Assembly (NCBI GenBank): GCA_009103225.1
Contig: RHPI01000026.1
Coordinates: 939,103-1,003,102, forward strand
DNA: 64,000 nt
DNA from: Chlorokybus atmophyticus
Lineage: Eukaryota; Plantae; Mesostigma and Chlorokybus algae
Reading direction: 5' to 3'
Each line of letters opens with the position of its first letter. Position 1 is the first letter of the stretch. The translations under genes were made by a program, and so were the position numbers. The notes below the pieces were generated by a model, which was not told the DNA's origin, made no database searches, and saw nothing but the letters and a program-made list of their open reading frames with translations. This document shows positions 35,884-50,198 of the stretch, one piece after another.

Positions 35884-37412
35884 CCCAAAGCAGCATCAGC
35901 CGTCCGACGCCCTTGCCTGCACTTATGTCACTTGCCTGCTGTGCTTGTTGCCTTCTTAGGGCATTGTACTTTTTGGTTTCTTTTGCCGCATCAGTACAAT
36001 GCGCGTGACCCTATGCAACCCTGTAGCTGCGCATGCAGACACACTTTCAACAACACAGTTTCGCTAACGCGTTCTCAACCGCACAATATATGTTGGCTTT
36101 ATCCCGCCTCTGGTGCGGCTTTTCCACAGACGCGCTGCAGTAAACTTTGAGTGTACACAAGATTTTAAGCCTCGTAAGTGCTGTCTTGATCGCATGACTC
36201 CCAGGTCACCCAACCTCTGCCGCTGTCAGCAACTGTGTGGCAAGCCGGGAGTAATGCGCCAGACACATTGGAGGTCTGATCATGCTGGAAAGGGAGTCCA
36301 TGAGCTGTAGACAAGTTGCTCATGCAGCCTGCTGAATGTGGATTGCTAACGACATATGGATTGCTAACGAGGGCACTTGGCGCACGAGCATGTCACGTGC
36401 TGATAGATGCAAGCATTGCAAGCATTGCAGATCACAGTGTGGAGGTTTGCTATACAGGCTGAAGGTCACCTTACGACACGCGCCTCATGTCGACTGCGGT
36501 GTTGGCGTCACAGGTGAGCCAGTTGCTGTGTTCCACGCTGCAAGCGAGCACTGCATAGATTTTTCACTCAACCACTCTAAGCAGCATCAAACAATGGCAT
36601 TAAAATATGGTGCAAGCCACCATTAACCACTGAGCGGCCCTATTCTGTGAGTCAACATCAGAATCCTTGGCAGATTGTGGTACACGCCATCTTTGCTTAG
36701 CTAACCCCGAGTTGTTCACACAACGAACTTCTCTCGCTTGGCAAATGTCTCGGCCACATCACATATAGAACAAATGTGCAGGGTCTGGTTTGCAGTTCCA
36801 ATAGGTCCATTTCCATACGCTGGATTTACACCATCACATAAACAGTTCTGCGCCTGCGTCTACTTGTTCCCTCCTCCCCTCCACCTACCTCCACCTTGAT
36901 ACACGCACGCACGCACGCATCCCCCGCGCACGCGGTTGCAGCATAGTACACCGCAAACATGCCGCGTTACTATCCTGTGCGGCGCCATCATCATCTTTGT
37001 CGTTTCTCCCCCTCCCGGCACTCCCACCATTGCCACATGGCCTGTCCGCATATCAGAGGTGGCAATCTACTCCAAACATAGGCTTTGCTGTTCATTGTCT
37101 TTGCAAGCACAATGCCAATCAGTGCCACAATGCAGTGCACTCTCGAAATTACACTCAAGGTGCGCATGCAGCACATTTCCTAGGATAAGCGCCACGCATA
37201 TCACTTTCAGCACACCCTCTCGCGCGCTAGGTCTCGTGTAGAGCAAAATGCACCTGACACATCGTATATGCCCATTACTCAGGTGTACAAGCAGAAAGGT
37301 GTACAACTACACACCCCTGTTGTACCTACGCATGCACTTTGCCTATGTACTGTACTGGTATACACAACGCACTATAGACGAGCAACATATACAGTCGACA
37401 TCAATATAGCGG

Positions 37413-39250
37413 CTACCGCATAAGCAATTTGGGCGCCGCCAGCGACAAAGCCAGCGCGAGTGTGACCGCCGCATGCCATCTCACAGCAAAATACTTCGCT
37501 TTGAACACAACTGAAGGGTCCGCATGGTTGGCCGACACAAAGCGCAGCATCTTGTTCACGATGGGCAGCGTGAGCGCAAAGAGGGCGAGAGCGGGGACAG
37601 GTAGCGCACCTGAAAACATACCCACTACCACCGACGTGTACACGCCCCCCGCCGCCCACGGTAACAACCCCGCCGCCCTCTTTGTCCCGAGCCTCACTAT
37701 CGGCGAGAGCTTCCCCGCAGCCCTGTCATCATCAATCTGATGAAAGTGGCTGCAGAATAGTATAGCTGTTGTGGTGATGCCCACAATTAGAGAGGCGATA
37801 ACCGCGCCGGGAGAGATGATGGAGATGATATCTGCAGCTGCGGCTGCTGGGGTGGATATCGCCCTTAATGTGGCCATATAGAAGGCTAAAGTGGCCATTG
37901 GGCCGAAAGAGATGAAGCAGAGTGGCTCACCCAGACCCAAATAGCCCAGCCTAAAAGGCGGGGACTGGTAAACGTAACCACAGGCTATTGCACCCGCCAA
38001 GAGCGCCATTGAAGTCTGATTGCGAACCTGAATGAAAGATTACAAGAGATGAAGGTGTAGTGGTTGATGTCAGGCACATGTGTGTATGTGTCAGGCACGT
38101 GCGTCTGCGTGTGCACACATATGCATGCGTGTACGTGTGCCTGTTCTTGGGCACATGCGTGTGTGCACGTGCACGTGTATGTGTATGCGTGCCCGTGTGC
38201 ATGTATATGTGTGTATGTGTGCGTGCAGGTGTGCACATGAGTGCGATCGTAAGAATCCACCTGCATGTACGTGTGCGTCCTTTTGTGCGTTTGTGTGTTC
38301 TGACCTGTGAGGCGATGAGGGCGATGCCGGCGGCAAGGGAGGCAAAAGACGCGGCGAGTGTGCCCCACATGCTACCGGTGATGTTCACAACGCTCTCGCG
38401 CTTATTCTCGTCCACGCCAGTCATCGCGTCAAACTGCAAACGCACATGCACAAGCGTACATCAAGCTTACAGCACCCGCATGCGGGCATCCAAAACTGCA
38501 TCCAATATGCAGCCAATCAGTGACATGACTGACTGTCACACACAATGCCGTATGGTGTGTGACGTGACTCATGTGTCACACAATGCAAACCTCAAAGAGA
38601 GGTTGTTGTACATGTTGTCAGCAAGCTGTCGTGACGGGTGACGTTGTCCCATGCACAATAAACTTGTACGTCACTGTCATATATGCACATGTAGGTTTGC
38701 GGGCAAAGCATTGTGTATTTGTGTGTCACGAGCTGTGTCTCACAGCATCGTTGGAGAGGTTGAGCCAGAGGATGACAAGAACAGCCCCGCCGGCGAGCGC
38801 TGAGAAGGCTGGCCATGGGAATGGCGTCATGGCCGGTGCCGCCGCCCACGCCGCCGCCACCCCCGCCGCCACCGGCGCCACCGCCACGCTGTACATGGGA
38901 GGCTTGGCGGCGGCCAGCAGCAGGCGGCGCTGCTCAGCTGGGGAGCACTCCGAGAACTTCGGCGCCCGCCTGACGCCTCCGTCCTCAGCCACGTCCCCAA
39001 CGACGCTGGTGCTCCCGACGACCAAGCCACTCGGCAGCTGCAGAGCGTCCCGCCATCGTGGCCGCCGCCGCCGGCGGCCATGCAGACAACTTGCAGGCAG
39101 CCATGCGCAATGCCAGCGCAATGCCGCACCGGCGCAGCTCCCCCGCCGCCTCCCAGGAAGGTTTGCCGCACCCGTCCCAACGCCAACCACCACCCCCTCA
39201 GCCCGCGACGCACAAGACGGCGACACCGTCGCCGCCGCCGCCGCCGCCAT
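37413..39250 (-). CDS. menA: DHNA prenyl(phytyl)transferase, UbiA family, plastid; 3 exons
   Basis: Exons 39250-38744, 38433-38305, 38027-37413; an alternative ATG is at 39283. Motifs AAKPPMYSVA, NLSNDA|FDAMTGVDENKRES, YQSPPFRLGYLGLGEPL, HFHQIDDDRAAGKLSPIVRLG. Confidence 0.93.
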
Positions 39251-39431
39251 CGCCACGTGGCGACAGTGCACTAGTTGGCGCATAGCATTTGGTTCAACTT
39301 TCAGATATGGTTCGATCCAGGTTGGGACCTGTCCCGCTTATGCTTTAGGATCAGTGAAGCCGGTTTGGACAAGTTGGGGTTTGGGGCGGGAAGGGCGAGA
39401 GGACAGCGAGCCACGTGGCAGTGTCGGGTGC

Positions 39432-41557
39432 ATGACGGGCGGTGGGGGAGCGCCGGTGGTGGAGCAGGAGGTTGCGGAGAGGAAGGTGGTGCGGGGCGAG
39501 GCGGGGGCTGGGGTGGAGAGCTCCACACCACGGTCTATGCGGGCGAAGAAGCTCCTTGTGCTGGACATCAACGGTCTGCTGCTGCACAGCGAGTTCAAAA
39601 ACAAATTCCCCGCCGCCACCGCCTCCCCCTCCACCGCCTCCGCCGTCTCGGTGAATGGCGACGTGGCCGTCGCTGTCCCCTCAGTTGCCGAGCCTGCAGT
39701 TAAGCAGCAAAAACTTAGGACGGTGGGGGGCAGGGCGGCGGACGCTGTGCTGGGCGCCCACGTGGTGTTCGACCGCCCCTTCCTGCGGGACTTCATCACC
39801 TGGGCGCTGAACACCTTCAAGGTGGCCGTGTGGACCTCCGCCAAGGGCCACAACGCCCGCGCCTACGTGCACCACGTCTTCAGCAAAATTCTGCAGGAGG
39901 GGGGAGAGGAGAAGCAGGAGGAGAAGCAGGAGAAGGAGGATGAGACAGTGGTTGATGAGCGCCTGGCGTTCGTGTGGGACCAGGAGCGCTGCTCTGTGGC
40001 AGCAGGAGGCGCTGCCCGACACCCTGACAACCCCTACAAGCCCCTCTTCCTCAAGGAGCTATCCGCCTGCTGGGCGCTCCCGGAGCTGGGCGGCCTCTAC
40101 GGACCCCACAACACCCTCCTCGTGGATGACGACGCCTACAAGGCCGCAGCTAATCCGGTCAGTGCCCCTTCTCAGCTGTCATTTTCTTGGTGTTCCAGTC
40201 AGTTTCGCTCAAATTCAACTCAGTACGCACTCAATGCTGTCTGGCTCGTAATCAGTCCATCAACTATGCAGCTAGTCTCAAGCACACGACATTGTCACCA
40301 ACATTTGCTGTGTTTTCAGGGTCGCACATGCGCTGACACGTGATTGCATGCTCACAAATCACAGTTGTTGGCCCACGCTAGCGGACATTGGTGTTTGCCT
40401 GAGTGTTTTTGGTTTCTCTTTTTGCTTACTAAGTACTTTTCTCTTCTCATTGCAAAACAGCCATACACAGCAATACACCCACCAAGGTACTTAGCCGACG
40501 ATGCCCACGACAACGCCCTCAGTAAGCTGTTGCAATTATAGTTTATTTTTGTATCTGGTACGAGTCACGCCATTTGTTATTGTTTGTCAATATCTGATTA
40601 TTTGAAGTTTGACATATATAGTAGGTCAACATCTTTCTCTGTTCAGGTCCTTTTGGTGCGATTCGTCTGTATTTGCAAGACTTGGCAGACGCGTCGGACG
40701 TGCAGGATTTTGTAAGGACACATCCATTCCACACATACTGCAGCGGGGCCAGCACGGTCACCCATGTCACGCTTGCGGACCTTCTCGAACGCTCCGCGCG
40801 CATCGCGCAAGCCGAAGAAGAGCCGAAGAGGCAGCTACAGCAGCAGAAGGAACATGCGCGGCAACAATGGGAACTGCAGCTACAACAACAAGCACAACAT
40901 CATTGGCAAGCACAACAAGCAGCACAACAACAACAACATTGGCAACAGCAATGGCACCCACCGCAGCACCATAACCACCTTCTTCAACAACAACAGCCTG
41001 CAGCAGGCTCACTTGACCTCGACCGCAGTGCCATTGCTGCATCAGCACGCTTTCACTTGCAGCAGCAGCACCCACACCCGCACCCGCATTCAAACAGTGC
41101 TCAGTGGACAGAACAACCACCACGAGAGACCCGCTGGGACGCGGCACGAGACCATACTCAACAATACCACACGCATCAAGACGCTAGGTGGGATGCAGGT
41201 ACATACCAACATGAGGCCTCCTCCCATCCCCAACATGCACGGCACACCAGATGGGATGATAATGGCTACGAACACAGGTACTCCCGCCCTCATGTCGACA
41301 TGCAGCAATGGCGTGTCAACAGATGGGAAGAAGTGGGTGATGAGTACTTGCCTCCACCACAACATCAACGTCTGCAACTTCAACAACCACAGCAAGCACA
41401 GTGTGCACCTTATGCACAGGCTTTGCAGTATAGTGGTGGTGGTAGTCAGCTTGTACATGGCACGCAGCAGCACTATCAGTACCAGCAGCAGCAGCAGCAG
41501 CAGCAGCATAACCCCATGCAATATTACGACCCCCGTCAACATCGTTGGCGCCGGTAG
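39432..41557 (+). CDS. FCP1/NIF-homology HAD-like protein with a long Gln/His-rich tail; 3 exons
   Basis: Exons 39432-40157, 40461-40521, 40647-41557. Motifs KKLLVLDINGLL, RPFLRDF, VAVWTSA, FVWDQERC, KPLFLKEL, NTLLVDDDAYKA. Confidence 0.85.
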
Positions 41558-42110
41558 CGAAGCTATGCTCTGGGTGTGGGTGCTTGCTTGACATGAATGC
41601 GTGTATGGTTGTCACAAGCGTTGTTGCTGCACTTCCCAACATTGCATCTGTGCTGCGGCCAGTTTGATCAGTGATCTTAATTTACACCTCATGTAACACT
41701 ATGCACAAGGCAGTTGGGAGTCACAATTGGTCTCAAGTCAAGGGACTTGCGTGTTTGTAACAATTACAGATGTTGTTCTTATGCGACACCATAATGCTAG
41801 CCGGACATCACTGGTTGCTGCGTGTGCGCGTGCTGAGGTAGCTAGGAAACTGGAATGCTCGACATCATGATGGTATGGTGTTCCCCTTAGCCAGCCCCTT
41901 AGGTCCAACATTGTGTACAAAAGAACGGCGAGGGGATGTGTGGTGTGTAACTCATGACTTACTTGCAGAAAATGTATGAGTTTGTGTGCGTCCAGTGATG
42001 AGTAATGCATCACACGTGCTTATATTTCGGGCCCCTATTAGACTTGGTGTGTGTTGAACCTTTACGGTACCTTCAGTTAGCAACAAAGTGTTCACGTCGA
42101 GCATGCACCA

Positions 42111-45100
42111 TCAGCAAGCATGCTGCAAGTCTGCGCGCTGCGCCACCCGTTCTGTTTGCCTCCGCTCACTGTCTGCAGGCCGCAACAACAACGTCGCGCC
42201 AAATTGCCGGCAAAACTCGGCCATTGTGGTGCGAGCCACGGGAACGGCCCGCAAAGCCGCCGTGCTAACCGAACCCACCTGCAGGAAAGTTGCCATCATA
42301 CGTCATGCATGCACGCATGCACATGCGTGTATGCGTGCCTGTGTGTTCATACTCGCACGCACGCGCGCGTACACACACACGCACCTCTACTGCCACATAG
42401 TCTCCCGGTCGCAGCCGCACCCGCGCCTCATCATCTGCGTCACCAAGCCTCGCGGCCACAGTCCGATCGTCGAAGAACACTCGCTTGTTAGTGCACGTGC
42501 GCCCAGTGAGCGTGCCGTCCCCCCTGCGTCCGGGCCCCTCCACGAGCACCAAGTGAGTGGCGCCGATTTCGGATGCGCTCCTTTCTGCAAGTTTCGCGCG
42601 GAATGTTGCAATCACCTCCTGCGTGACGAGCGTGAAACAAGCGCGAAAGACAATCCAATAACAGTGCATACAAGTGTACGCATGCGCAAGCATGTGTATG
42701 TGAGCGTACATGTGCGTGTGTGTGCGCATGGGTGCGCGTGCGGGTGCGGGTGCGTGCTTGCGAGTGGGTGTGCATGTGCACGTGTACATGTGTGCGGTTA
42801 TGCGCGTGTGTGTTGAAGTCTGTGCTCCCGAGGGTATGGGTGCGTGTGCGTATGCATGTGTGCTGAGATGCGTGTGTTCAGGCAAGCTGTAACAGATTAA
42901 TCAACCACAACGTGAATTTGCTAACTGGACCTGCAGTCGTCGTATCTTGACGGTTTGTGGCACATCGTCTGCGAATCTGCGCGCGGCACCGGTCTTCTCC
43001 CTCATTGAGTACGCAAACATAAACGCAGCGTCATACCCAACCTGCCTCAGCAACGACAGCGTGTCCTGGTGCTCTGCCTCAGTCTCACCGCAAAACCCTG
43101 CAAGCGCGGATGCGTGTGGGCAGGTCTGCTGCTGCTAAGTAGTGGTAGAACTACCTTACCAATCAAACCAACACAGGTTTCATTTCAAACACCCATTGAT
43201 TTACGCAGCATGGACACCATGCTGGACAGGGGTAAAACAAACATCATACAAAGTGTTTCAATGGTACCTGACAAAAGAGCACGTGACTATAGGCTTGTGG
43301 ACACGCATACACGCGCGCACACATGTTCACGTGCACACGCCCGCGCGCATGTGTGCACGCATGCACCCACGAGCACATGTGTACACGCACACACGCAAGT
43401 ACACATATGTGCAATCACCTGAGATAAAGTCGCTTGACAACGCAACATTGGGGACTTGATCGCGGATGTGGTCAACAAGCTCCAAGTACGCCTCCCGTGA
43501 GTACCCTCTGAGAAATAAAACACGTCTGTCACACACGTACATGCGTGCGCACGCGCACACACACACATGCACACATGAGTGACAAAACGCGCGGGACTCG
43601 CCTCCTCATGCGTTCGAGTACGGTTGTTGATCCGCTCTGCGCAGGCATATGTACGAACTTGCACACGTTGTCGCGCTCGGCCATCACGCACAGCACCTCA
43701 TCGGGAAAGTCCTGCCTCACACGCACACGTCCAACACTCTGAGTGACTCACTGCTTGGATGAGTGGGTTGAGTGAAGAACGTGACTCACTTTGGGGTGGG
43801 GTGATGTGAATCGGATGCGCATTTCTGGGTCTATGTTGGCTACGCGGTCCAGCAGCTCCGCGAACCTCACCGCGCCCTCTCGCCGAGGCTTGTACACGCT
43901 AGAATTACTCGAGGGGTGAGAATTCATCGCGAACTCACACAGTCCAATGCACGCCCACACGCGCGTGTACAGCAACCATGCGCCCACATGCGCACGCATG
44001 CACAGGCACATGACCGCGCACACAAAGAGCGAGTACAGACACCAATACATGGTGGATCAAAGCATGATCAGATCCACAACATGCAATTGACATGCAATAT
44101 GATCATAGTGATGTTTACGAGGTCGATCGCGAGTACCTTTGGAAGCCCTTGGCGTACACGTCCTCAATCGGTGTGGAAAGGCGCGTGGGTTCGGACTGCG
44201 CGTCGGCGTACGAGTTGACGTTCTGCCCGAGCAGCGTCACCTCCTTGAAACCCTCAGCCGACAACCTACGCACCTGCGAGAGATGGCGCGTCATACACTA
44301 CATGCGCGCGCGCGCACGCACAAATGCGCATGCAACTAGACACACACGCATGCACGCACGCACGACGCACGCACACGAGCGCATGTGTCCCATGCATGTG
44401 CACATGTCCCCACCCCCTCCTCTCACCTCTTCGACTATCGTCCCTATCTCCCTCGACCGTTCCCTCCCCCTGGTATACGGCACGACGCAGAACGCGCACA
44501 TGTTGTTGCAGCCCCGCATGACGCTGACGAACGCGGAGGTGGCGCCCGACTCACGAACAGGTGCGATGTCGGCGTACGTCTCGTCTAGACTTAGTTGGAC
44601 GTTCATGGCGGTGACAGGATTGCTATCATCGTCGTCGCCGGTCTTCTGCACGGCTTCAAGAAGGGTAGGCAGGTCTCGGTACGCATCTGGACTAGAGATG
44701 ACGCACACGCACACGCACACGCACAGGGACCACCAGTGAGTGAGTGACTGGATGACAGAGGCGTACATCTTGACTTGCAACATGCCCAGCCCCTCTATCT
44801 CACCCCACGACGATGTCGACGAGTTTGTGCGTCTCAAGCAACCTCTCTTTGAGTCGTTCGGCCATGCATCCCAGCACGCCCACCACGGGGAGGACCGGAC
44901 TGTGTTGGAGCTGGTGTTGATGCGCGCGCCTGTCGCGCTTCATGTTCTTGAAGAAACCGAGACGCTGCCAGATCTTGGACTCGGCGCTCTCGCGGATAGC
45001 ACACTGGGAGGAGGAGGAGGATGTGGGTGGGAGGGTGCGTGCGTGCGTGCGCGTACGTGCGCATTGGCCTGTGCATGTGTGCGTGTGCGCATGCAGAGCC

Positions 45101-45586
45101 GAGAGAGAGACAGTCTGTGTGCGTGTGTGAGAGAGATGTGAACCGCTCTGCTCACCGTGTTGATGAGTATTGCGTGCGCGTTTTCTGGCTCTCTCGTCCT
45201 TTCGTATCCCTCTCTTGCTAGTACGCTCAGCACCACCTCCGTGTCGCTCTCGTTCATCTGGCAACCGTAGGTCTCGATGTACACGCGCTTACCACCAACC
45301 TTAATTCCAACATCATCAACAGCGCTGGTGCTGGTGCTGGTGCTGGCATCATCTTCACATGCTGCATGCAAACAACTTCAACAACAACAATGATACCCAC
45401 AACGATGACAACGACGATGATGACTACGATGACAGTGACAGCAACACCTGATTGCCGTAGGCGCTCCGTCGCTGCCTTCTGCAAAAAGTCCTTCAGCCCA
45501 GGCCCGGCCTTCAGCGAGGACGCGGACGAGGCGGAGGCGGCGCTGGAGCACAACAGTCTCCTCGCCGCCGCCGCCACCGCCGCCAT
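42111..45586 (-). CDS. CDK5RAP1: tRNA methylthiotransferase MiaB/CDK5RAP1 (radical SAM, TRAM domain), organellar
   Basis: [104 protein letters not shown]. About 11 exons; one GC donor at 43601. Confidence 0.95.
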
Positions 45587-45709
45587 GCTGAACAAACAGC
45601 GATCACTCCCTGCCGCAGCTGTGACTGTGTTGTGGGCGTTGTTGTCGTCGGCGTCCGCGTTGGCGGCGGCGGTGTAGCTGTCCTCGTTGTGGTCGTAGTC
45701 GTCGTCGTT

Positions 45710-46717
45710 ATGGATCAGGTGATGCGCCTCAGCGTCGAGCAGCTCCAGGCCGCTCGCGAGCAGGGCGCCGCGGAGGCTTCTTTCCTAGCGGAGAACGCCG
45801 CTGCTCTGAGGGCGGCCGCCGCTCGCTTCGAGGCCGGGTCGGTGGCGCTGACGGATCTCGCCAGGCAGGACGACAACGCCGCCGCCGCCGCCCTGGTGCC
45901 ACTGTCGCCAAGCCTGTATGTGCCGGCGAAGCTGGCGGATACGCGGAGCGTGCTGGTGGATGTCGGCACGGGGTACTTTGTCCAGGTGAGCAACAACCAC
46001 AACAATGACGACGACAACAACCATGATGATGACTATGGCACTGGGTTGAGACTGGAATGGCTGAGATATTGTTTTCCTGTGTTGAGCGATCGATTGCACA
46101 CAATGTGTGTGCACGCACAATGCAGCATATATGGGGCATGCGTGTGCGTGTAGCAATCTCACTTGTGTTGTGCGCTTGCTGCTCGTGTTGCTTCATATTC
46201 AGGTGCGTGCGAGTCGAGCGCACGTGCTTGGGTTAAGCCTGCGTGTGTGCGAGGGCGTTCTGTAATACTCGCGTCTCTTTTGCAAGTGTGTGTTTCAAGG
46301 AATGCCCTCAACGTGTCGTGTGCTGCTGCAGAAAAGCACGGGTGCTGGGGTGGACTACTGCCAACGCAAGGTCGCCATGCTCAAGGAGAGGATAGAGAAG
46401 CTCGTCGAGGTGTGCACATGCACACATGCACGCGTGCGCCCACGCGCACGCACACGCACACGCATGCGCACGGATGCATACACACACGCATGCACGCACG
46501 TACACACGCACACACGCGCATGCACACACATGCGTCAAGCAACACAACCTGTGCTCGCAACATGACCTGACAGCGCGCTTACACTCACCTCACCACGCTC
46601 TTTGTTGTTTTCCCATCGTCTCCACAGCTCCTGAACCAGAAGCGTCAGCAGCAGGAGGTGGTCACGCTGGCGCTGCAGGCAAAGATGCGCGCGGCACCCG
46701 CAACCACCGCATCATAA
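45710..46717 (+). CDS. PFDN5: Prefoldin subunit 5 (alpha type), 3 exons
   Basis: Exons 45710-45985, 46332-46409, 46628-46717. Motif LVPLSPSLYVPAKL...VLVDVGTGYFVQK. Confidence 0.93.
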
Positions 46718-47559
46718 CAACAACAATATCGGAGCTTGATGCGGTGGTGCTGTTACGCGCAAAGTGTCGTGCCGTGTGAATAATTGTCATCGTATAATGG
46801 TTTATGTCCGTGTATATGTATGCGTATGAGTAAGGCAGGGATCGTGGTTGCAATCTCTTGACCCCAACATGTTATGGTATGGGAGCCAGCCAAGGATTGA
46901 TGTTGGGCTGAGTCATCCATGCACACCTCAGTTTGTCATGCAGCTCAGCAATAGGTAGTCAAGACAGCTTCAGTACAATCTTCCCTCAATGAACGCACAG
47001 CGCGTGTCATCCCCGTTGGCAGTCGATTAGAGTCCATACATACACATCGCATGACTGATTGCTGCTCTGTGCCCTACTGCCACCTACTTCGGGGTTGGCC
47101 GCGTGCAACCTTTGTGTGTTATATGTACACAGAGTGTCCAGCTCATTACCATCCGGTGCACTACTACAACATCGGCAACTCCGCATGTGCCTCACTGGTG
47201 TGCACTCATGTGAGTGTATGGATATCGGACGCTGCAGGTTTGTGAGGTGTTTGTTATTGGCAGTGTGGGGTTTGCTTGGCCCTGCCCTGGCTATTGGTTT
47301 TGGGTTTGTAACAGTTGCTGCTGCTGCTGCACGACACCAGAACTCCATGCAAGGTGAATATCATGTGTGCATGTCCATGCATGCATGAATGCGCGCGTGT
47401 GCGTGCATCCGCATGCGGGATGCATTGCACAAAGAGCGATGCTCTGCTTTTGCGTGTACTGCCAAAATTGTCTCACAACACCACAGATAACGGTACTGCT
47501 AATTAGTCAAAACCCCAACGCGCTGCATTGGCATAGCAGTCTCTTCATGACAGGCGCCG

Positions 47560-49727
47560 TCACGAGCGCGGCTGTGACTCGTCGGAGGAGGAGGAGGGTG
47601 ATGATGATGAAGAGGTGAAGGGTTTGAGCATCTTCTTTCTGAACGCGATCTCGATCGCGGCGGCGCAGAATCCCAGTATGAGCACCGAGTACCCCGCCGA
47701 CAGCGCCGCCGCGCCCAACGCCGCGCCGTCGCCGGGGGACAACATCTGCGCCACGTCAAGCTGCCCGAAACCTGTGTGCACACAAGCGCGCGCAGTTGAG
47801 TGTGTGCGTCAGTAGATGAGTTGGTAAAGGATCACGCAGTTGACACATGCACACGGCGCGCGGCACCCCGATGGTCTTGTATGTAGCGCGCAGGTGAGTG
47901 CGATGTGTTGCATGTTCTATGTGCACATGTGTCTCTCATTTTATGAACATCACACGTACATGCGCACATACACGCGCATGCGCGCGCGCACCCACTCCCC
48001 CACTCCCCCACCCTCACCTCTCGCTAGTCCGAACGCCGCGACGGCTCCGCTCTTGAGCTGCACGTTCCCCGTGTCCCCCCTCACGACGTAGCGGTACGTC
48101 ACGCCAAACAGTCCGCACGTTGCCACCAGCAGCGCCAGACTCAGCGCCGCGCTCGCGGGGCTGAAGGAAGGGTCGGCGCCGCCTGCGAGGACGGAGAGGC
48201 CGCCGGTCGCCAGCACAGGAAGGGCCATCACCGTGCCTGTGTGTGTGATCGTGATGTCAATGGTTGCGTTGTGAGCGCACGCACGCACCGACCGTACTCG
48301 CGTGCACACAAGCACACTCGCGCATGCAAATGCGCGTGCATATGTACACATGTGCGTATACTTGCACAACGTGTGTGCACTTGACAAACGTATGCACAAA
48401 CACGGTCACAAGTCACGCGCCACGCGCTCACACCTGCGATGGCCGAGTACGCCCCCGCTTTGACGGACTCGATCCTCTCCTCTCCGCGACCGGCGCCGAT
48501 GGCTTCCAGGCGACGGAGCTCCGAGGCGCGCGAGGACACCTCGGCTTGGGCGGAAGCCAACTGCAAGTGAGATTGTGGAGTGGGGATGTTGAATGACTTG
48601 GGTGTCGTGCTGCAGGTGTGAGTGCATGGGAATTGGCGTATACTGTGACGCTTGACGTCGCGTGTGCACATGCATGCGTACGAGTTGAACACACATTCGT
48701 TGAAAGAAACACGCACGCACGCACGCACGCATGTCACCACACCACTTGATACCACCCAACACCCGCCCTCTTACTTGCACCGCTGCTTGTTGCAGTCTTC
48801 TGTCCGCCTGCAGCGCGGCGTTGAGGCTCACGCCGGAAGCCACTTCAGACTCGTCGCCACCGCTGCGACGCGCGAGGTCCGCCTCGGCTGCCTGAGAAAG
48901 GGGTTGCGCAGGAGTTGTGACAATATTGCATATGGTGCGTGTGTGCGTGCGTGCGTGCGTGCGCCCACGAGTATGCGAGTGCATGCGCACGCGCGCGTGA
49001 ATGTGCGTGTGTCAGCATGTGTTATGGCTTGAACAATGGGGTGTCCAACTGGTACGTGCATATGCGTTGCCAAAAGAGTGTGTGCATATGCGGGCATTCT
49101 CATGCATGCAATGCACGAGAAAGCGACCACCACCATCGTGTATTGGTGGCAAGCATGTCATGCGTGTACTTGTCGCATAACAACACGAGACCCCTTGTGG
49201 CGCACGGCTCCCTGTTCTTCTGTTTCCTTTTCCCCATTGCCATGGCCGTTGCTCCCACCGGGAAAGCAAGAAGCCAGGACACTGGAGTAATGAAACTAAA
49301 ACAACTCAACATTGATAACAACTACATGCAAGCAGCTGACATCGTGTCTGTCTACTCTAAGCTTCACAAACCCTCCCATGCACGTCGTTCTCACCTCAAT
49401 GGCCTGCAGGTCCGCCCGCGCCTTGGCCACGCGTAGCGCCGCGGCCGTGACGCCAGCCAGGGCCTCGCGAGCCTCCTGGGAATCGAGAGCAGCGGCGAAG
49501 GCGCCCTCCACGTCCACGTCATTGTCATGGGGGGCGGCGCCCTCACCGCCGCCGCCGCTGGCTGAGACACGGACAGGCGTGCTCCTCTTTCTACTCCGCA
49601 CGGACAATGAGAGGTTCTGAGGGACAGGCCTCGGCCTGCTCACCCTGCTTCCAGCATGCAACCTCGCCTCGCACCCGCTCGTCCTCGAGCTCACCACCGC
49701 CGCCGTCGCCGTCGCCGTCGTTGCCAT
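47560..49727 (-). CDS. Probable plastid membrane protein of unknown function resembling a cyanobacterial-type family; 5 exons
   Basis: Transit-peptide-like start MATATATAAVVSSR, a coiled-coil region, then ERIESVKAG...GLFGVTYRYVVRGD..QLKSGAVAAFGLARG...KPF. Family resemblance is from recall, not a search. Start codon uncertain. Confidence 0.7.
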
Positions 49728-50198
49728 GGCTGCGCTCGTTGCCCGGGCTACAAGGCAAGGCATGACATAAGACACTTGTCTTGGGTATAAGACTGATCTT
49801 GCACAACGAGTTATGTAGTCACACACGAAAGTGATTAATGGCGCAATCACGTGAGATTCAGGTCTAATTGGCAGCCACGTAGATAAAGGTGTCGTCAGCT
49901 GGGCGGCTGCAGCGGCGGCGGCGGCGGTGTTGCTGGCGAGGGAGTTTGGCAGGGGGTGTGGAAGCTTTGGAGCATGCCGCATACGTCTGAAAGAGAGCTG
50001 GACTCTACCCAACCCTCTCTGAATCAACATGCCACTGACCAGTAGTAGTAGCGGTAGTAGTAGTTGTAGTAGTCGAAGTAGTAGTAGTAGTAGTAGTAGT
50101 GACTCTCTTTAGCAGAGAGCGTGTGTGCACCTGCTTGACTAAAGACACACACATTGACACTGCCATACACACCCTCCCTCCCTCCCTCCCTCCCAGTC

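Noticed and set aside
38571-39431. 590-aa ORF starting at 38571
   Set aside because: Its 5' part is the GC-rich antisense of menA exon 1. The real FCP1-like gene starts at ATG 39432.
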